52,656 bases of DNA from Arenicellales bacterium (GCA_028285795.1 JAPYNL010000095.1:1-52656), one strand, 5' to 3'; counted from the stretch's first letter, positions 17,980 to 27,323 are shown. Notes: generated from the sequence alone by a model not told the origin. Numbers and translations: made by a program.

Positions 17980-19353
17980 ATGAGACAGAATAGAAATGAA
18001 CAGATAACCGAGATCGTGAACCTGTTGGGAAGAAATTCACGGGGCCTTTCGCGTGGTCAGATTATGGAAAATCTTTCATTTTCCATAAATATAAAAACAT
18101 TACAGAGAATTTTGTCGCTTCTTTCAAAGGAGGAACGAATACGAAAAACCGGCGACAGAAAAGCGACGAAATACTATCCAATTCCATTTCCTCAACCGGA
18201 ATTTAAAGGACAAAAAATCCAGGAAGAAAGCAAGGCATTCAGTCTGGAAAGCAGAAAAGCCCTGGAATTTCTCGGCTTGCCGCTTCATGCGCGCGAAAAA
18301 GTGTCCTATAAAAGAGAATTTATCGAGGGCTATACTCCAAACGAGACCGTATATGTTCCCAAGGAGCGGCGAGATGCGCTGCTCAAGGCCGGAAAGCGGT
18401 TTGACCATGTATTGGCAGCGGGAACCTACGCACGTCAAATTTACCGGCGACTCCTGATTGACCTATCCTATAACTCCAGTCGACTGGAGGGCAATACCTA
18501 CTCAAGACTGGATACCCGAAAACTTGTGCAGGAAGGCATGAGTGCTGAAGGCAAGGCTGATGAGGAAACCGTCATGATCATGAATCACAAGGAGGCCATA
18601 TTATTTCTTGTGGATAACGCACAGGATATCGAGCCGAACCTGTTTACAGTTTTCAACCTCCACAATTTGCTGGCACAGGACCTGCTTGCAAATCCCGAAG
18701 CCTGCGGAAACATCCGGAAGATGGAAGTCGATATAGGAAAATCCACATACAAGCCATTGGGCAACCCGCATGCGCTCAGGGAGTTGCTCGAACTTATTTT
18801 GCTGAAGGCCAGAAAGATCGAAAATCCCTTTGAGCAAGGTTTCTTTTTACTGGTTCACCTGTCCTATCTACAGGCATTCGAGGATGTTAACAAGCGCACT
18901 TCGAGGCTGAGCTGCAATATTCCGTTTATCAAGAAGAACCTGTGTCCGCTGAGTTTCACGGATGTGTCAGGCAATGACTATACTGCGGCATTATTGGCGG
19001 TTTACGAAAAAAACAATATTAAACCCATGCTGGATCTGTTCTGCTGGGCTTATGTGTGTTCCTGTAGGCAGTATGGCCTCGCAAAGGAGTCTTTGGGTGG
19101 AATCGATGCCTTTCGAATCCAGTACCGTCAGCAGCGAAAAGAAGCGATGGGCATGGTCGTTCGAGAGGGGTTGCACGGCAAGGATATCGAAAATCACATC
19201 GAGAAATACTGTGCTGAAAGGGATATAGAAGAGTTTGATAAATTCATGGCAATGACGCTCGCTGACCTGGACTCCCTGCATGCAGGCGTAATCGCCGGGC
19301 TTGGCATTTCAGAAACACAACTGAATGTATGGCTGGATGCCAGACTGGAGTAA
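17980..19353 (+). CDS. Fic/Doc-family protein with N-terminal winged-helix domain; non-canonical active-site motif
   Basis: The Fic-fold core has ...FLLVHLSYLQAFEDVNKRTSRL... where canonical Fic has HPFxDGNGRxxR. His is replaced by Gln and the second Gly by Lys, as in Doc. The N-terminal ~70 aa look like a wHTH (SRGQIMENLSFSINIKTLQRILSLL). The gene is visibly AT-richer than its neighbours. Confidence 0.8.
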   Translation: MRQNRNEQITEIVNLLGRNSRGLSRGQIMENLSFSINIKTLQRILSLLSKEERIRKTGDRKATKYYPIPFPQPEFKGQKIQEESKAFSLESRKALEFLGLPLHAREKVSYKREFIEGYTPNETVYVPKERRDALLKAGKRFDHVLAAGTYARQIYRRLLIDLSYNSSRLEGNTYSRLDTRKLVQEGMSAEGKADEETVMIMNHKEAILFLVDNAQDIEPNLFTVFNLHNLLAQDLLANPEACGNIRKMEVDIGKSTYKPLGNPHALRELLELILLKARKIENPFEQGFFLLVHLSYLQAFEDVNKRTSRLSCNIPFIKKNLCPLSFTDVSGNDYTAALLAVYEKNNIKPMLDLFCWAYVCSCRQYGLAKESLGGIDAFRIQYRQQRKEAMGMVVREGLHGKDIENHIEKYCAERDIEEFDKFMAMTLADLDSLHAGVIAGLGISETQLNVWLDARLE

Positions 19354-19395
19354 GAAAGGCCCCGGTTCCGGTCAAGTGCCCCGGAACTGCCTTTC
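19354..19395. terminator. long imperfect hairpin between convergent genes (possible bidirectional terminator)
   Basis: GAAAGGC (19354-19360) pairs with GCCTTTC (19389-19395), and the inner CGGTTCCGG pairs with CCGGAACTG (one mismatch). There is no clear U-tract. Confidence 0.4.
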
Positions 19396-19500
19396 CGGCA
19401 TTGCCGAAACATGGGCATGATTTCGGATTCGTTATACTGTTGAATAACGTATGCACATAGGGAGCACAATGAATTGGCAAGCCCGGCCCTCTGGACGCGG

Positions 19501-19755
19501 TTATTTCATGTCTTTTGCAATATCCTCCAGAGCTTTCAGCCATATCCGATAATAGTCATCGCTATTGTGGATTGCCGCGTGCATTTCGTGGTTTTTGATC
19601 AGTCCTGCAAGTTGATCAGACCATTCTGTCCACGAAAAAACCCCCTGTTCATTCAGATGCACGGCCATCGCAAATGCACGTGCCTGCCAGGGCGCATCAA
19701 AAACCGGTTCGCCTCCGGACTCGGGCTGCCCCGGAAGTGGACGAATCCTTGTCAC
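19501..19755 (-). CDS. nitrile hydratase accessory/activator protein (small, beta-subunit-homologous)
   Basis: 84 aa. It begins with PVFDAPWQARAFAMAVHLNEQGVFSWTEW, as NHase accessory proteins do. A 4-bp overlap couples it to the beta subunit gene. Confidence 0.75.
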   Translation of the reverse strand: MTRIRPLPGQPESGGEPVFDAPWQARAFAMAVHLNEQGVFSWTEWSDQLAGLIKNHEMHAAIHNSDDYYRIWLKALEDIAKDMK

Positions 19756-20414
19756 TGGACGGCATCAAGGTAGGGTTCGAAGAGGTCAAGGTGCAACGCC
19801 ACTCTCGATTCGGCATCCTCAGTTCCCCAGACTTCTTCAGCCTCAAACCGGACACAGTAAAGATGCATGGGAATCTTTTCGCCTGTTCCGGCATGCTGAT
19901 CGGCAAAAACGTGTGCGCCATGATGGTTAACCACAACGCCCTGGCGACCCCGAATATACCGCGGTGCACGGGTATGGGATTTGGGGTTGAAATTTCGGAC
20001 CCGTACCGCCTGGCCGGCATGAAACCCGGGTTTCTGATCGGTTTTCATGCTCGCCGGTGCTCCCTTGCCCAGAATGCCGGGTATTCGATCGACAGAAACT
20101 GCCCTGTTGGCCTCCCCATTCTCGGAAATGCCGGAATTCAATTCCTGCTCTGAAATGAGGCCCTTTGCCAACAGTAATTCCTCCAGCCCATGGAGCCAGT
20201 GCTCGTAATAGCTGCTGTTCAGATAGTCGCCGGGCTTCATGGTTTCACGGGCATGGCGACTTTCATCGAGATTCCATTTTCCCAGCATCCCACAGGCCAG
20301 TGTCATGCCAAAAATCTTCCGTTCCCAGTCGTTTGAAAAGTCTACAGCCTGACTCCGATCAATCGGCCCGTGTCCGTGAGTGCCACCTAGATCGTGAGTG
20401 GAATTCATCATCAA
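19752..20414 (-). CDS. nthB: nitrile hydratase beta subunit
   Basis: N-terminus [17 protein letters not shown]...[12 protein letters not shown] and C-terminal SH3-like part [25 protein letters not shown] are typical of NHase beta. It shares an ATGA overlap with the alpha gene. Confidence 0.9.
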   Translation of the reverse strand: MMMNSTHDLGGTHGHGPIDRSQAVDFSNDWERKIFGMTLACGMLGKWNLDESRHARETMKPGDYLNSSYYEHWLHGLEELLLAKGLISEQELNSGISENGEANRAVSVDRIPGILGKGAPASMKTDQKPGFHAGQAVRVRNFNPKSHTRAPRYIRGRQGVVVNHHGAHVFADQHAGTGEKIPMHLYCVRFEAEEVWGTEDAESRVALHLDLFEPYLDAVQ

Positions 20415-21025
20415 GATTGTGGCGATTGGACCACACCAACACCAATCATGGAGTCTCGAGTGACCAGCTTTGCCAGCTCGTTTTCATTGAAGTCTTCGGT
20501 ACCGACAGGACGTTGAGGCAGAACCAGGTAGCGAATTTCTGCCGTTGAATCCCAGACCCTGATTTCGACATCCTTTGCAAGCTCTACACCAAATTCAGCA
20601 AGTACCGCTCTTGGCTCACTGACAGCGCGGGCGCGATAGCTGGAAGCCTTGTACCAGGTCGGCGGTAATCCAAGAACCGGCCACGGATAGCACGAGCAGA
20701 GCGTACAGACCACCATGTTGTGGACTTTGCTGGTATTTTCGACGACCTGCATGTGTTCACCCTGCCGTCCCCGATAGCCGAGCTCCATGATGGACTCGGT
20801 CGCATTCTCCAGAAGTCGCTTCCTGTAGTTTTCATCGGTCCATGCCCTGGCTACGACATGCGCACCATTCCTTGGTCCGACCCGATTCTCGTAGGTATCG
20901 ACCAGTGCGTCCATCGCGGCCGGGTCCACCAATCCCTTGTCAACCAGAAGCTTTTCAAGACGACTGACCCTCAGTTCGATATCGCCGGGGCCGTGGCTGT
21001 GATGGGGAAGTGGTGTACGGGACAT
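20411..21025 (-). CDS. nthA: nitrile hydratase alpha subunit, cobalt type
   Basis: Metal claw [14 protein letters not shown], where the Thr in CTLCSC marks Co-type enzymes. The remaining 204 aa align by eye with NHase alpha. Confidence 0.93.
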   Translation of the reverse strand: MSRTPLPHHSHGPGDIELRVSRLEKLLVDKGLVDPAAMDALVDTYENRVGPRNGAHVVARAWTDENYRKRLLENATESIMELGYRGRQGEHMQVVENTSKVHNMVVCTLCSCYPWPVLGLPPTWYKASSYRARAVSEPRAVLAEFGVELAKDVEIRVWDSTAEIRYLVLPQRPVGTEDFNENELAKLVTRDSMIGVGVVQSPQS

Positions 21026-21119
21026 GATTGTTGTGTTGGCCTTATTCCAGCTTGAGTCAGTCCGGAGACGAAAAAATTCCTGTCAGGCAGTCTGATAGCC
21101 TCGATTTAACCACAAAGGA

Positions 21120-22790
21120 TCAGGATTTCCAATTCAGAAAACGTCGGTTAAGGGGGTTTTGTTTTTTCACAGCCATCTCCAGTCGGATGGAAGCCCGAGT
21201 CATGCCGCAATAGAGTACCGTATTGAAGCTATCGAGACTGTCTTCATCCGGATCGACATCGACCAGGATCACGGCAGGCATTTCCAGCCCCTTGAAACGG
21301 TAGACGCTATCAAACCGGAGGTCTCCGGGGCTGTAGCATTGCTGGCCATTATCATCGTATTCGGTAAATTTTCGCAAGGATAAATTGCCCACCGTGCTCA
21401 GATCATGGAAAGTGGATCTTCGAAGTCCACAGCACGCAAGCACAATAATTTGACGGTAGGTGAAACCATCCTTTATCAATTTTTCAACGATATTCGAGAC
21501 AATGCCGGACTGCTCCTCAGCCTCGTTGTATGCATGTATTTTGACGCCAAGCCCGAGCCGGTTGTTCCCCTGCTCAAATTCAAAGGGCAGAGTTTGCAGG
21601 ATGAACCGTGCAATCGATTCGGGTGAACGATAGTTGACTTGATAGTGGTAGCCAACGAATTGACCGACAGCAAAATCATCGAGACTAACCCGGGGTTTGC
21701 CATAGAGATTTTGATCTCTATCCTCCAGCCATAGAATATTGGCATTGTCATGAAGAAACAGTTGAATGATTTCAAACCACTCCTGTTCAAAATCCTGGCC
21801 CTCATCCACGATCAACGAGTCGTACTTCCATTCATCCGGTATTTCAACACCCACGATTCGGTCAAGTACGGTGTTCCAGAAATATGGATTTGCGACTGCG
21901 GAATCAAAGTTCACCGGTTTGCCGGCCGACCGGAGAAATTCATCGCAAAACCCCAGAAATGTATTTACCCTGCCGGCTGCTCCGATACTCTGCCTGAGTT
22001 GATCGGAAAGGGGTCGGTTGAAGCAGAGCATGAGAATGTTGCGGTTGTTGCTCAACTCCCGATCATAATATTCCCGGGCAAATTGGCTTTTCCCACTTCC
22101 TGCGGTGCCGGTGATCTTCAGTCGGAAAGGCTGCATCTCAAGATCCATGAGAATTCTTGCGTGTTCCCCGATATGTCGTTTAAAGCCTGCTTCCTGAGAT
22201 TCAATGTGGCTGTGTATGTCGGGCACGAGATTGAGGGTTTGCGAGAAGAAGTTGCGTACTCGTTCGTACTGTCCATCTGCCGACCTTTTTCCTTTGCCCA
22301 GTATCTTTTCTATTTTTTTCGCAAGGAGGTATTTTGAGCGGGCGTCCACGATCCGACCCGTGCCGACCCCTGCTGCATTGGTGTGCCGAACCTTGTAATC
22401 CGGGCAGTAAACGAGGTAATCGATGTCCGTGAGGGAATGTTGCGGGTTTGCGCTCCTGAATTTTTCCCGAACCCTGTTAATTGAACGCTGAAGTTGTTGA
22501 ACCGGATTTTTCTCATGATCGCCATAGCGCTTCACAAGTCCGTCTTTGGTCTCTTCAAGAGGGCCATTCTTCTGTTCGATGACCAAAACCTTGCCGGATT
22601 GATTCAGGACAACGAAATCGATCTCCCCAAAAAGTGTCCAATTTGAATTTTCCTGAGACCAGTGCACTCCATGGAAGACCGTATAATTATCCGGCAATTC
22701 ATCTCCAAGCATTTTCAAAACCGGTATTTCCGGATTATGTGAGCCTGCCAGGTAGAGCTCGGATAGATCAGATGGGACGATATGGGCCAT
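21120..22790 (-). CDS. NERD (PD-(D/E)xK-like nuclease) domain fused to an SF1 UvrD-like helicase/ATPase
   Basis: N-terminal GEIDFVVLNQSGKVLVIEQK (D...ExK), Walker A GTAGSGKS, Walker B LIVDEGQD and the C-terminal UvrD_C-like motif YRFKGLEMPAVILVD. The start is placed at the ATG at 22790; the ORF track's TTG is at 22808. Confidence 0.8.
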   Translation of the reverse strand: MAHIVPSDLSELYLAGSHNPEIPVLKMLGDELPDNYTVFHGVHWSQENSNWTLFGEIDFVVLNQSGKVLVIEQKNGPLEETKDGLVKRYGDHEKNPVQQLQRSINRVREKFRSANPQHSLTDIDYLVYCPDYKVRHTNAAGVGTGRIVDARSKYLLAKKIEKILGKGKRSADGQYERVRNFFSQTLNLVPDIHSHIESQEAGFKRHIGEHARILMDLEMQPFRLKITGTAGSGKSQFAREYYDRELSNNRNILMLCFNRPLSDQLRQSIGAAGRVNTFLGFCDEFLRSAGKPVNFDSAVANPYFWNTVLDRIVGVEIPDEWKYDSLIVDEGQDFEQEWFEIIQLFLHDNANILWLEDRDQNLYGKPRVSLDDFAVGQFVGYHYQVNYRSPESIARFILQTLPFEFEQGNNRLGLGVKIHAYNEAEEQSGIVSNIVEKLIKDGFTYRQIIVLACCGLRRSTFHDLSTVGNLSLRKFTEYDDNGQQCYSPGDLRFDSVYRFKGLEMPAVILVDVDPDEDSLDSFNTVLYCGMTRASIRLEMAVKKQNPLNRRFLNWKS

Positions 22791-23180
22791 GAAACGGGAG
22801 AGAGTCAAGCAATTGCCAATTCAGAGAGGAGTCCTGGCAGTTAAGAGCTTCCTGTGCCTGGTGTGGGGCCAAGTGTTGTTTGTGTTCCATAATAGAGACA
22901 TGCGGGGTTGGTGGTCAAGGGTTTTGAGCGGGATTTGTTGCCTATTCTGTGCGGGCAAATGAAGTTGTAAAATTAGGGAAAACCGTCTTGGGCCTGTTAT
23001 CCGCTGTTCTTTTGGTTGTAATCGTTGCATCAGCATGGATTGGGCAGGGCATGAAACGGATTATCAATGCATATCCGGATATCGATAATTTATCGATAAT
23101 CGGAATGGAAAAGCCGTTCAGTGGTCATTGGTCAAATGAAATCCATCATTGATTGATTAAGCAGTAATGATCGAAAAAAC

Positions 23181-24014
23181 ATGAAGTCTATTCCTTCACC
23201 CGGTCCATTCGGAGTCGAGTTCTTCGATGTGGACGTAAATCGGATGTCCGATGTCGAGCTGGATGGGGTGGCAACTGCGCAGAATAGTAATGGCGTAGTA
23301 TTTATCCGCGATCAGAATCTTGATTGTGAACAGCATATCGCCTTTGCTCGACGCTGGGGAAAGATTGTCGCCAATCGCTTTTTTGAACGAGTTGAGGGGT
23401 ATCCGCAAATTGCGATGGTAAGAAAAGAACCCAAACATGAAACGGTTGTCGGCGAGACCTGGCATACTGACCATTCCTATGATGCAGAGCCGGCTCGTGG
23501 GTCAATCCTATATGCCAGAGAGGTGCCTTCAACAGGAGGGGACACACACTTTGCAAACATGTACATGGCCTATGATGCCCTTTCCGAGGGATTGAAACAT
23601 GCTCTCGATCATCTCAGTGCCGTCCACAGCAGCGCACATGTCTTCAGTACCGAAGCTGTCCAGGCTAAGGAGCATGACGACGATCGGTTTCATGGCGGCG
23701 AAAAGGCGATCCAGCGGTCCATACACCCTGTAGTTATCAAGCACCCGATAAGTGGTCGCAAGGCCCTGTACGTAAATCCTGATTTCACGACCCATTTTGA
23801 GGACTGGACTGAACCGGAATCACGACCTCTGCTCGAGTACCTGTATCGGCACTCTACGCAAGATCAATTCGTAATGCGCTTCAGCTGGAGCCCTGGCACG
23901 ATCGCTTTTTGGGACAATAGGGCAGTTATGCATAAGGCAGTCAACGACTATCCGGGCGAACGTCGGCTCATGCACAGGATTACCCTGGCCGGATGTGCCC
24001 TTCAGGGTGCTTGA
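23181..24014 (+). CDS. TauD/TfdA-family Fe(II)/2-oxoglutarate dioxygenase
   Basis: WHTDHSYDAEPARGSILYAREVPSTGGDTHFANM (HxD facial triad) and a distal His in SAVHSS. The length of 277 aa is typical of the family. Confidence 0.88.
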   Translation: MKSIPSPGPFGVEFFDVDVNRMSDVELDGVATAQNSNGVVFIRDQNLDCEQHIAFARRWGKIVANRFFERVEGYPQIAMVRKEPKHETVVGETWHTDHSYDAEPARGSILYAREVPSTGGDTHFANMYMAYDALSEGLKHALDHLSAVHSSAHVFSTEAVQAKEHDDDRFHGGEKAIQRSIHPVVIKHPISGRKALYVNPDFTTHFEDWTEPESRPLLEYLYRHSTQDQFVMRFSWSPGTIAFWDNRAVMHKAVNDYPGERRLMHRITLAGCALQGA

Positions 24015-24078
24015 CATGGATAATCCGGTGAAATTGTCAGGGATCAGGAACACTGCCTGTTCGGCAGGTAATGCCCCA

Positions 24079-25053
24079 ATGTCCTATCGTGTTTGTGCGT
24101 TCTACCGGTTTATGCGGCTCGAGGATCTTGCGTTATTGCAAGGGTTGATCAAATCCCGTTTGATTGGGGCTGAAATGTGTGGGACAGTCTTGCTGGCGCC
24201 GGAGGGGATTAATGGCACAGTCGCGGGCCCGGAAAACCGAACCTTGCAGTTTTTCGGGTGGCTGCAAAGCCGACTAGGCTTGTCGAGCCTGCAAGTCAGA
24301 GAGTCATGGTGCGAGAACCCGCCATTCAAGAGAACCAAAGTCAAGATAAAAAGGGAAATAGTGACCTTGGGAGTTGAAGGGGTTAATCCGGTTGAGCAGG
24401 CCGGTACATATGTCAATCCGAATGAATGGGATGCATTGATTGAAGATCCGGAAGTTCTGCTCATTGATACCCGCAATGACTATGAAGTGGAAGTAGGATG
24501 CTTCAAGGGGGCAGTATCTCCGGGTACGGCTACTTTCAGGGATTTTCCGGATTATGTCAAACAACATCTGGATCCGGAGCAGAGCCCGAAAATTGCCATG
24601 TATTGCACAGGAGGGATCCGTTGCGAAAAGGCATCGGCATATCTCAAACAAAACGGATTCAGGGAAGTCTTCCAGTTGCAGGGCGGGATCCTGAACTATC
24701 TCGCAGCATTTCCGGGCGATCAATCAAGCTGGGAAGGGGAATGTTTCGTGTTTGATGGCCGCATGACCCTAGATGAAAACCTCACAAGTGGTGAATACGA
24801 CCAGTGCCATGCTTGTCGAAGACCAATCAGCGAATCTGACAAGCAGAGTGACAAATACGTCAAGGGAGTAAGCTGCCCCAAATGTCATGACCACAAAAGC
24901 GATCAAGATCGGTTGCGCTATGCTGAAAGGGAAAGGCAAGTCCATCTTGCCGATCTGAGGGGAGAGGTGCATATCGGGCCGGGCAGTCGTGCGAACCCTG
25001 TAAATCGCAAATCGGGAGAATGTGATATTACCAAAGAGGTTATCTCCGAGTAG
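24079..25053 (+). CDS. trhO: rhodanese-domain protein of the UPF0176/TrhO family (tRNA U34 hydroxylase-like)
   Basis: N-terminus YRVCAFYRF...LLAPEGINGTVAG and rhodanese active-site loop MYCTGGIRCEKAS, with a C-terminal Cys-rich tail. The ATG at 24079 is preferred over the upstream ORF-track start. Confidence 0.85.
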   Translation: MSYRVCAFYRFMRLEDLALLQGLIKSRLIGAEMCGTVLLAPEGINGTVAGPENRTLQFFGWLQSRLGLSSLQVRESWCENPPFKRTKVKIKREIVTLGVEGVNPVEQAGTYVNPNEWDALIEDPEVLLIDTRNDYEVEVGCFKGAVSPGTATFRDFPDYVKQHLDPEQSPKIAMYCTGGIRCEKASAYLKQNGFREVFQLQGGILNYLAAFPGDQSSWEGECFVFDGRMTLDENLTSGEYDQCHACRRPISESDKQSDKYVKGVSCPKCHDHKSDQDRLRYAERERQVHLADLRGEVHIGPGSRANPVNRKSGECDITKEVISE

Positions 25054-25080
25054 ACGGGGCTTGGTCGCACACCCGTCTAC
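25050..25080 (+). terminator. hairpin overlapping the trhO stop codon (possible terminator)
   Basis: GTAGACGGG (25050-25058) pairs with CCCGTCTAC (25072-25080). It is followed by a T-rich stretch, GGTATTATTTTCT. Confidence 0.45.
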
Positions 25081-25476
25081 TCGGAAGGTATTATTTTCTG
25101 ATGAGGGCACGCCCATCCCCGTTTCGACAAAGTGCAAATAGCACAAGTCGGCTTTGCTGAGAAAAGAAGTGCCGAATCCGGTGTATCACGGATGGAAAAT
25201 TGGACGAATTCTCCTGTCTTCACAAACCGTGCAACATGAAAAGGCCTTGGCTCATTCAGCAAAAGGGAGAGTTCAAGAAGAAACCGTAGTTCGACTTCTC
25301 GACAAAAGGTTATGGGGCAATCTCCAATCCATTATTAATCAAGGCAGTTCAACATGAACCCGAATGAGATGAAAATGACGAGAACAATATTATTCGGCAG
25401 TACGAAGGTTTTTCTAACTCAGGAATTTCGGCAACCGTGTTGAATGTGTGATACGCATTGCGTACCGTAACAGGCC

Positions 25477-25750
25477 ATGAAGTTCCGTATCCGGTCACTG
25501 CAGAAGTTTTACAAGGAGGACGATGCACGGGGCCTGAATCCGTCGCGTGTTCGGCGTATCCGCAACAATTCTGTCTGCTCTCGGTGTTGCCAGTAAGGTG
25601 CAGGACATGGACATTCCGGGCTATCCCCTTCATTCCCTGGCGGGTTCTCTTCAGGTGTGCTGGAGTGTAAGGGTCAAGCGGAACTGGCAGATCATTTTCC
25701 GGTTTGTCGACGGTGAAGCGGAAAATATCGAATTGACTGACTGTGGCTGA
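25477..25750 (+). pseudogene. HigB-like (RelE-superfamily 'killer protein') toxin gene interrupted by a frameshift
   Basis: Frame 1 reads MKFRIRSLQKFYKEDDARGLNPSRVRRIR and then hits a stop. A +1 frame continues ...ILSALGVASKVQDMDIPGYPLHSLAGSLQVCWSVRVKRNWQIIFRFVDGEAENIELTDCG, which is the HigB C-terminal consensus. The shift is near 25565. Confidence 0.55.
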
Positions 25751-25769
25751 CTGGCCGGGAGGCTTCATA

Positions 25770-26159
25770 ATGAGCACCAAGATGAAGAACCCCCCTGCAT
25801 CCGGGGCCATAGCGCGCGGTGTGACTGAAGAGATGGGAGTCACGATCAGCCGGGCCGAGATAGAGGGTCGGCCGAGTCATTTCAATTCTGACTGTAGACT
25901 GTACTTTGCCCGCATTCTTGATGGCTTTGCAGGTACCGTTCTGTCTGCCGGCATGCTGGCAGCAGCATATGTCCGAATGCTTCACCCCAATATGGAAATG
26001 TCTCGTTGGCTTGTTCAGGCGAACTCAGTGGCCCCTGGTCCATTATCAAAAATCATTTCAAGGGTCGCTCGCATGCATTTGCCTCAGGAGCCAGGCATGG
26101 CGTTCTGCAATCGGCATCTTGCCCTGGTCGGCAACAGTCTTGTAAAACATCGCCATTGA
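25770..26159 (+). CDS. HigA-like HTH antitoxin, probably degenerate
   Basis: It starts 20 nt after the higB-like stop with MSTKMKNPPASG, which resembles the HigA N-terminus MKNPxHPG. It then reads ...ARILDGFAG...SAGML...EMSRWLVQ. The 3' ~100 nt overlap the convergent peptidase gene, which is unusual and suggests loss of the original stop. Confidence 0.35.
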   Translation: MSTKMKNPPASGAIARGVTEEMGVTISRAEIEGRPSHFNSDCRLYFARILDGFAGTVLSAGMLAAAYVRMLHPNMEMSRWLVQANSVAPGPLSKIISRVARMHLPQEPGMAFCNRHLALVGNSLVKHRH

Positions 26160-27128
26160 TTCTGACTTGGAGAGAACTGCCCGAAAAGCGGGAACCAGCC
26201 TGTGGTAGGTTGCAATACCGCCCAGTCGCGCATTGTTGACCCCTTCTTCAAACCATTGATCCCAGAATCGAGTCCCAGAACCGGACTCGGACAGGGACTG
26301 GTAGGCACCGGTCATTTCCCCTAGCACCCTTGCCTTTTCTTCGGCCAGCTCACTTTCACTGGAATTTTCGTAGACATTGCCCAGGCGTTCCCGGTAATCC
26401 AGTATGAGCTCGATAATTCTCGCGTTTTTCTTCTTTGCGCTACGATATTGGAAGATTTGCCCTGTATTGCCTTCGGCCCGCATCCATCGCTCCACTCCCT
26501 CTTGTTCCACCGCGGTCGCAAATGCCTCATTGAACGCTGAATCGTCTTTCACATAGAGCAATTGGTGGGCCAATTCGTGAAATATCAGGCCGGCGAGCGC
26601 ATAATCCGGATAGAACAGGAAGGTATCCAGCACAGGGTCACTCAGCCATCCGAGTGTGGAATAGGCAGCGACCCCGTAAAGGTCGGTATCGTAACCCTCC
26701 CTGATCAGACTCTCTTGATAGCTGCCCGCTTTTTTCTTCGAGAAGTAACCCCGGTACGATATGCAGCCCGTAATCGGATAGCACCAGGTTTTGAGGGTCA
26801 AGTCATAAGGCGGTGCTGCAACGACATTCCAGATGACATGGCGTCGTCCAAGCTCGCTGTATGTGGTGTATGACGAATTCTCCGGAAGGTCCAGTTCCTC
26901 AATTGCGAATTGACGAATGCGCTTGACAAGTTCCAGGCGTTCCCTGGTTTCAGGGGCTGCCCGGTTGCCTGCGAGCACCTCATCGATGGGTTCTCGTGAG
27001 AAAGTGATCTCGAGTTGTCCCCGGGCTGCCTGGGCAAGGTAGCCGAGTTGGCTGCATCCGGACAGCAAAATACAGGCAGCAATTATCAGGCAGCGAATCA
27101 ATGAAGGAATCGAGTTCTGAAAAACCAT
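26058..27128 (-). CDS. predicted zinc aminopeptidase lipoprotein (COG4324-like)
   Basis: Lipoprotein signal peptide with lipobox LLSGC. HExxH motif FHELAHQLLY followed by ...FNEAFA. Confidence 0.75.
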   Translation of the reverse strand: MVFQNSIPSLIRCLIIAACILLSGCSQLGYLAQAARGQLEITFSREPIDEVLAGNRAAPETRERLELVKRIRQFAIEELDLPENSSYTTYSELGRRHVIWNVVAAPPYDLTLKTWCYPITGCISYRGYFSKKKAGSYQESLIREGYDTDLYGVAAYSTLGWLSDPVLDTFLFYPDYALAGLIFHELAHQLLYVKDDSAFNEAFATAVEQEGVERWMRAEGNTGQIFQYRSAKKKNARIIELILDYRERLGNVYENSSESELAEEKARVLGEMTGAYQSLSESGSGTRFWDQWFEEGVNNARLGGIATYHRLVPAFRAVLSKSESMAMFYKTVADQGKMPIAERHAWLLRQMHASDP

Positions 27129-27155
27129 CGGTCTTCAAGCCTTGAAGTGAAAATC
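27089..27155. repeat. copy A of a ~67-bp imperfect direct repeat (peptidase 5' end plus divergent promoter region)
   Basis: GGCAGCGAATCAATGAAGGAATCGAGTTCTGAAAAACCATCGGTCTTCAAGCCTTGAAGTGAAAATC matches 27719-27785 at roughly 80-85% by eye. Weaker similarity extends leftward into the signal-peptide codons. Confidence 0.8.
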
Positions 27156-27323
27156 GTAACTGTGCGCCACATGAATTGCGCATGGGAGTGGCTTACGGTA
27201 TTTTGCACCGGAAGGCTCAGATTTAGGTTCAAGCTAATTTTGTTGGTAAAATAGTTCTGGACCCGCGAAAAACTCATTTCGAATACCTCGAAATTTCCTG
27301 ATTTAAGGTTGAAAATTCCTCAA

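Noticed and set aside
22949-23152. 67-aa ORF with one hydrophobic helix (TVLGLLSAVLLVVIVASAWIG) upstream of the TauD-like gene, containing a tandem ATCGATAAT repeat (23081-23089, 23092-23100)
   Set aside because: It has a GTG start without a clear RBS and no family signature. It could be a small membrane protein, or simply promoter/operator DNA for the dioxygenase gene. The evidence is insufficient either way.
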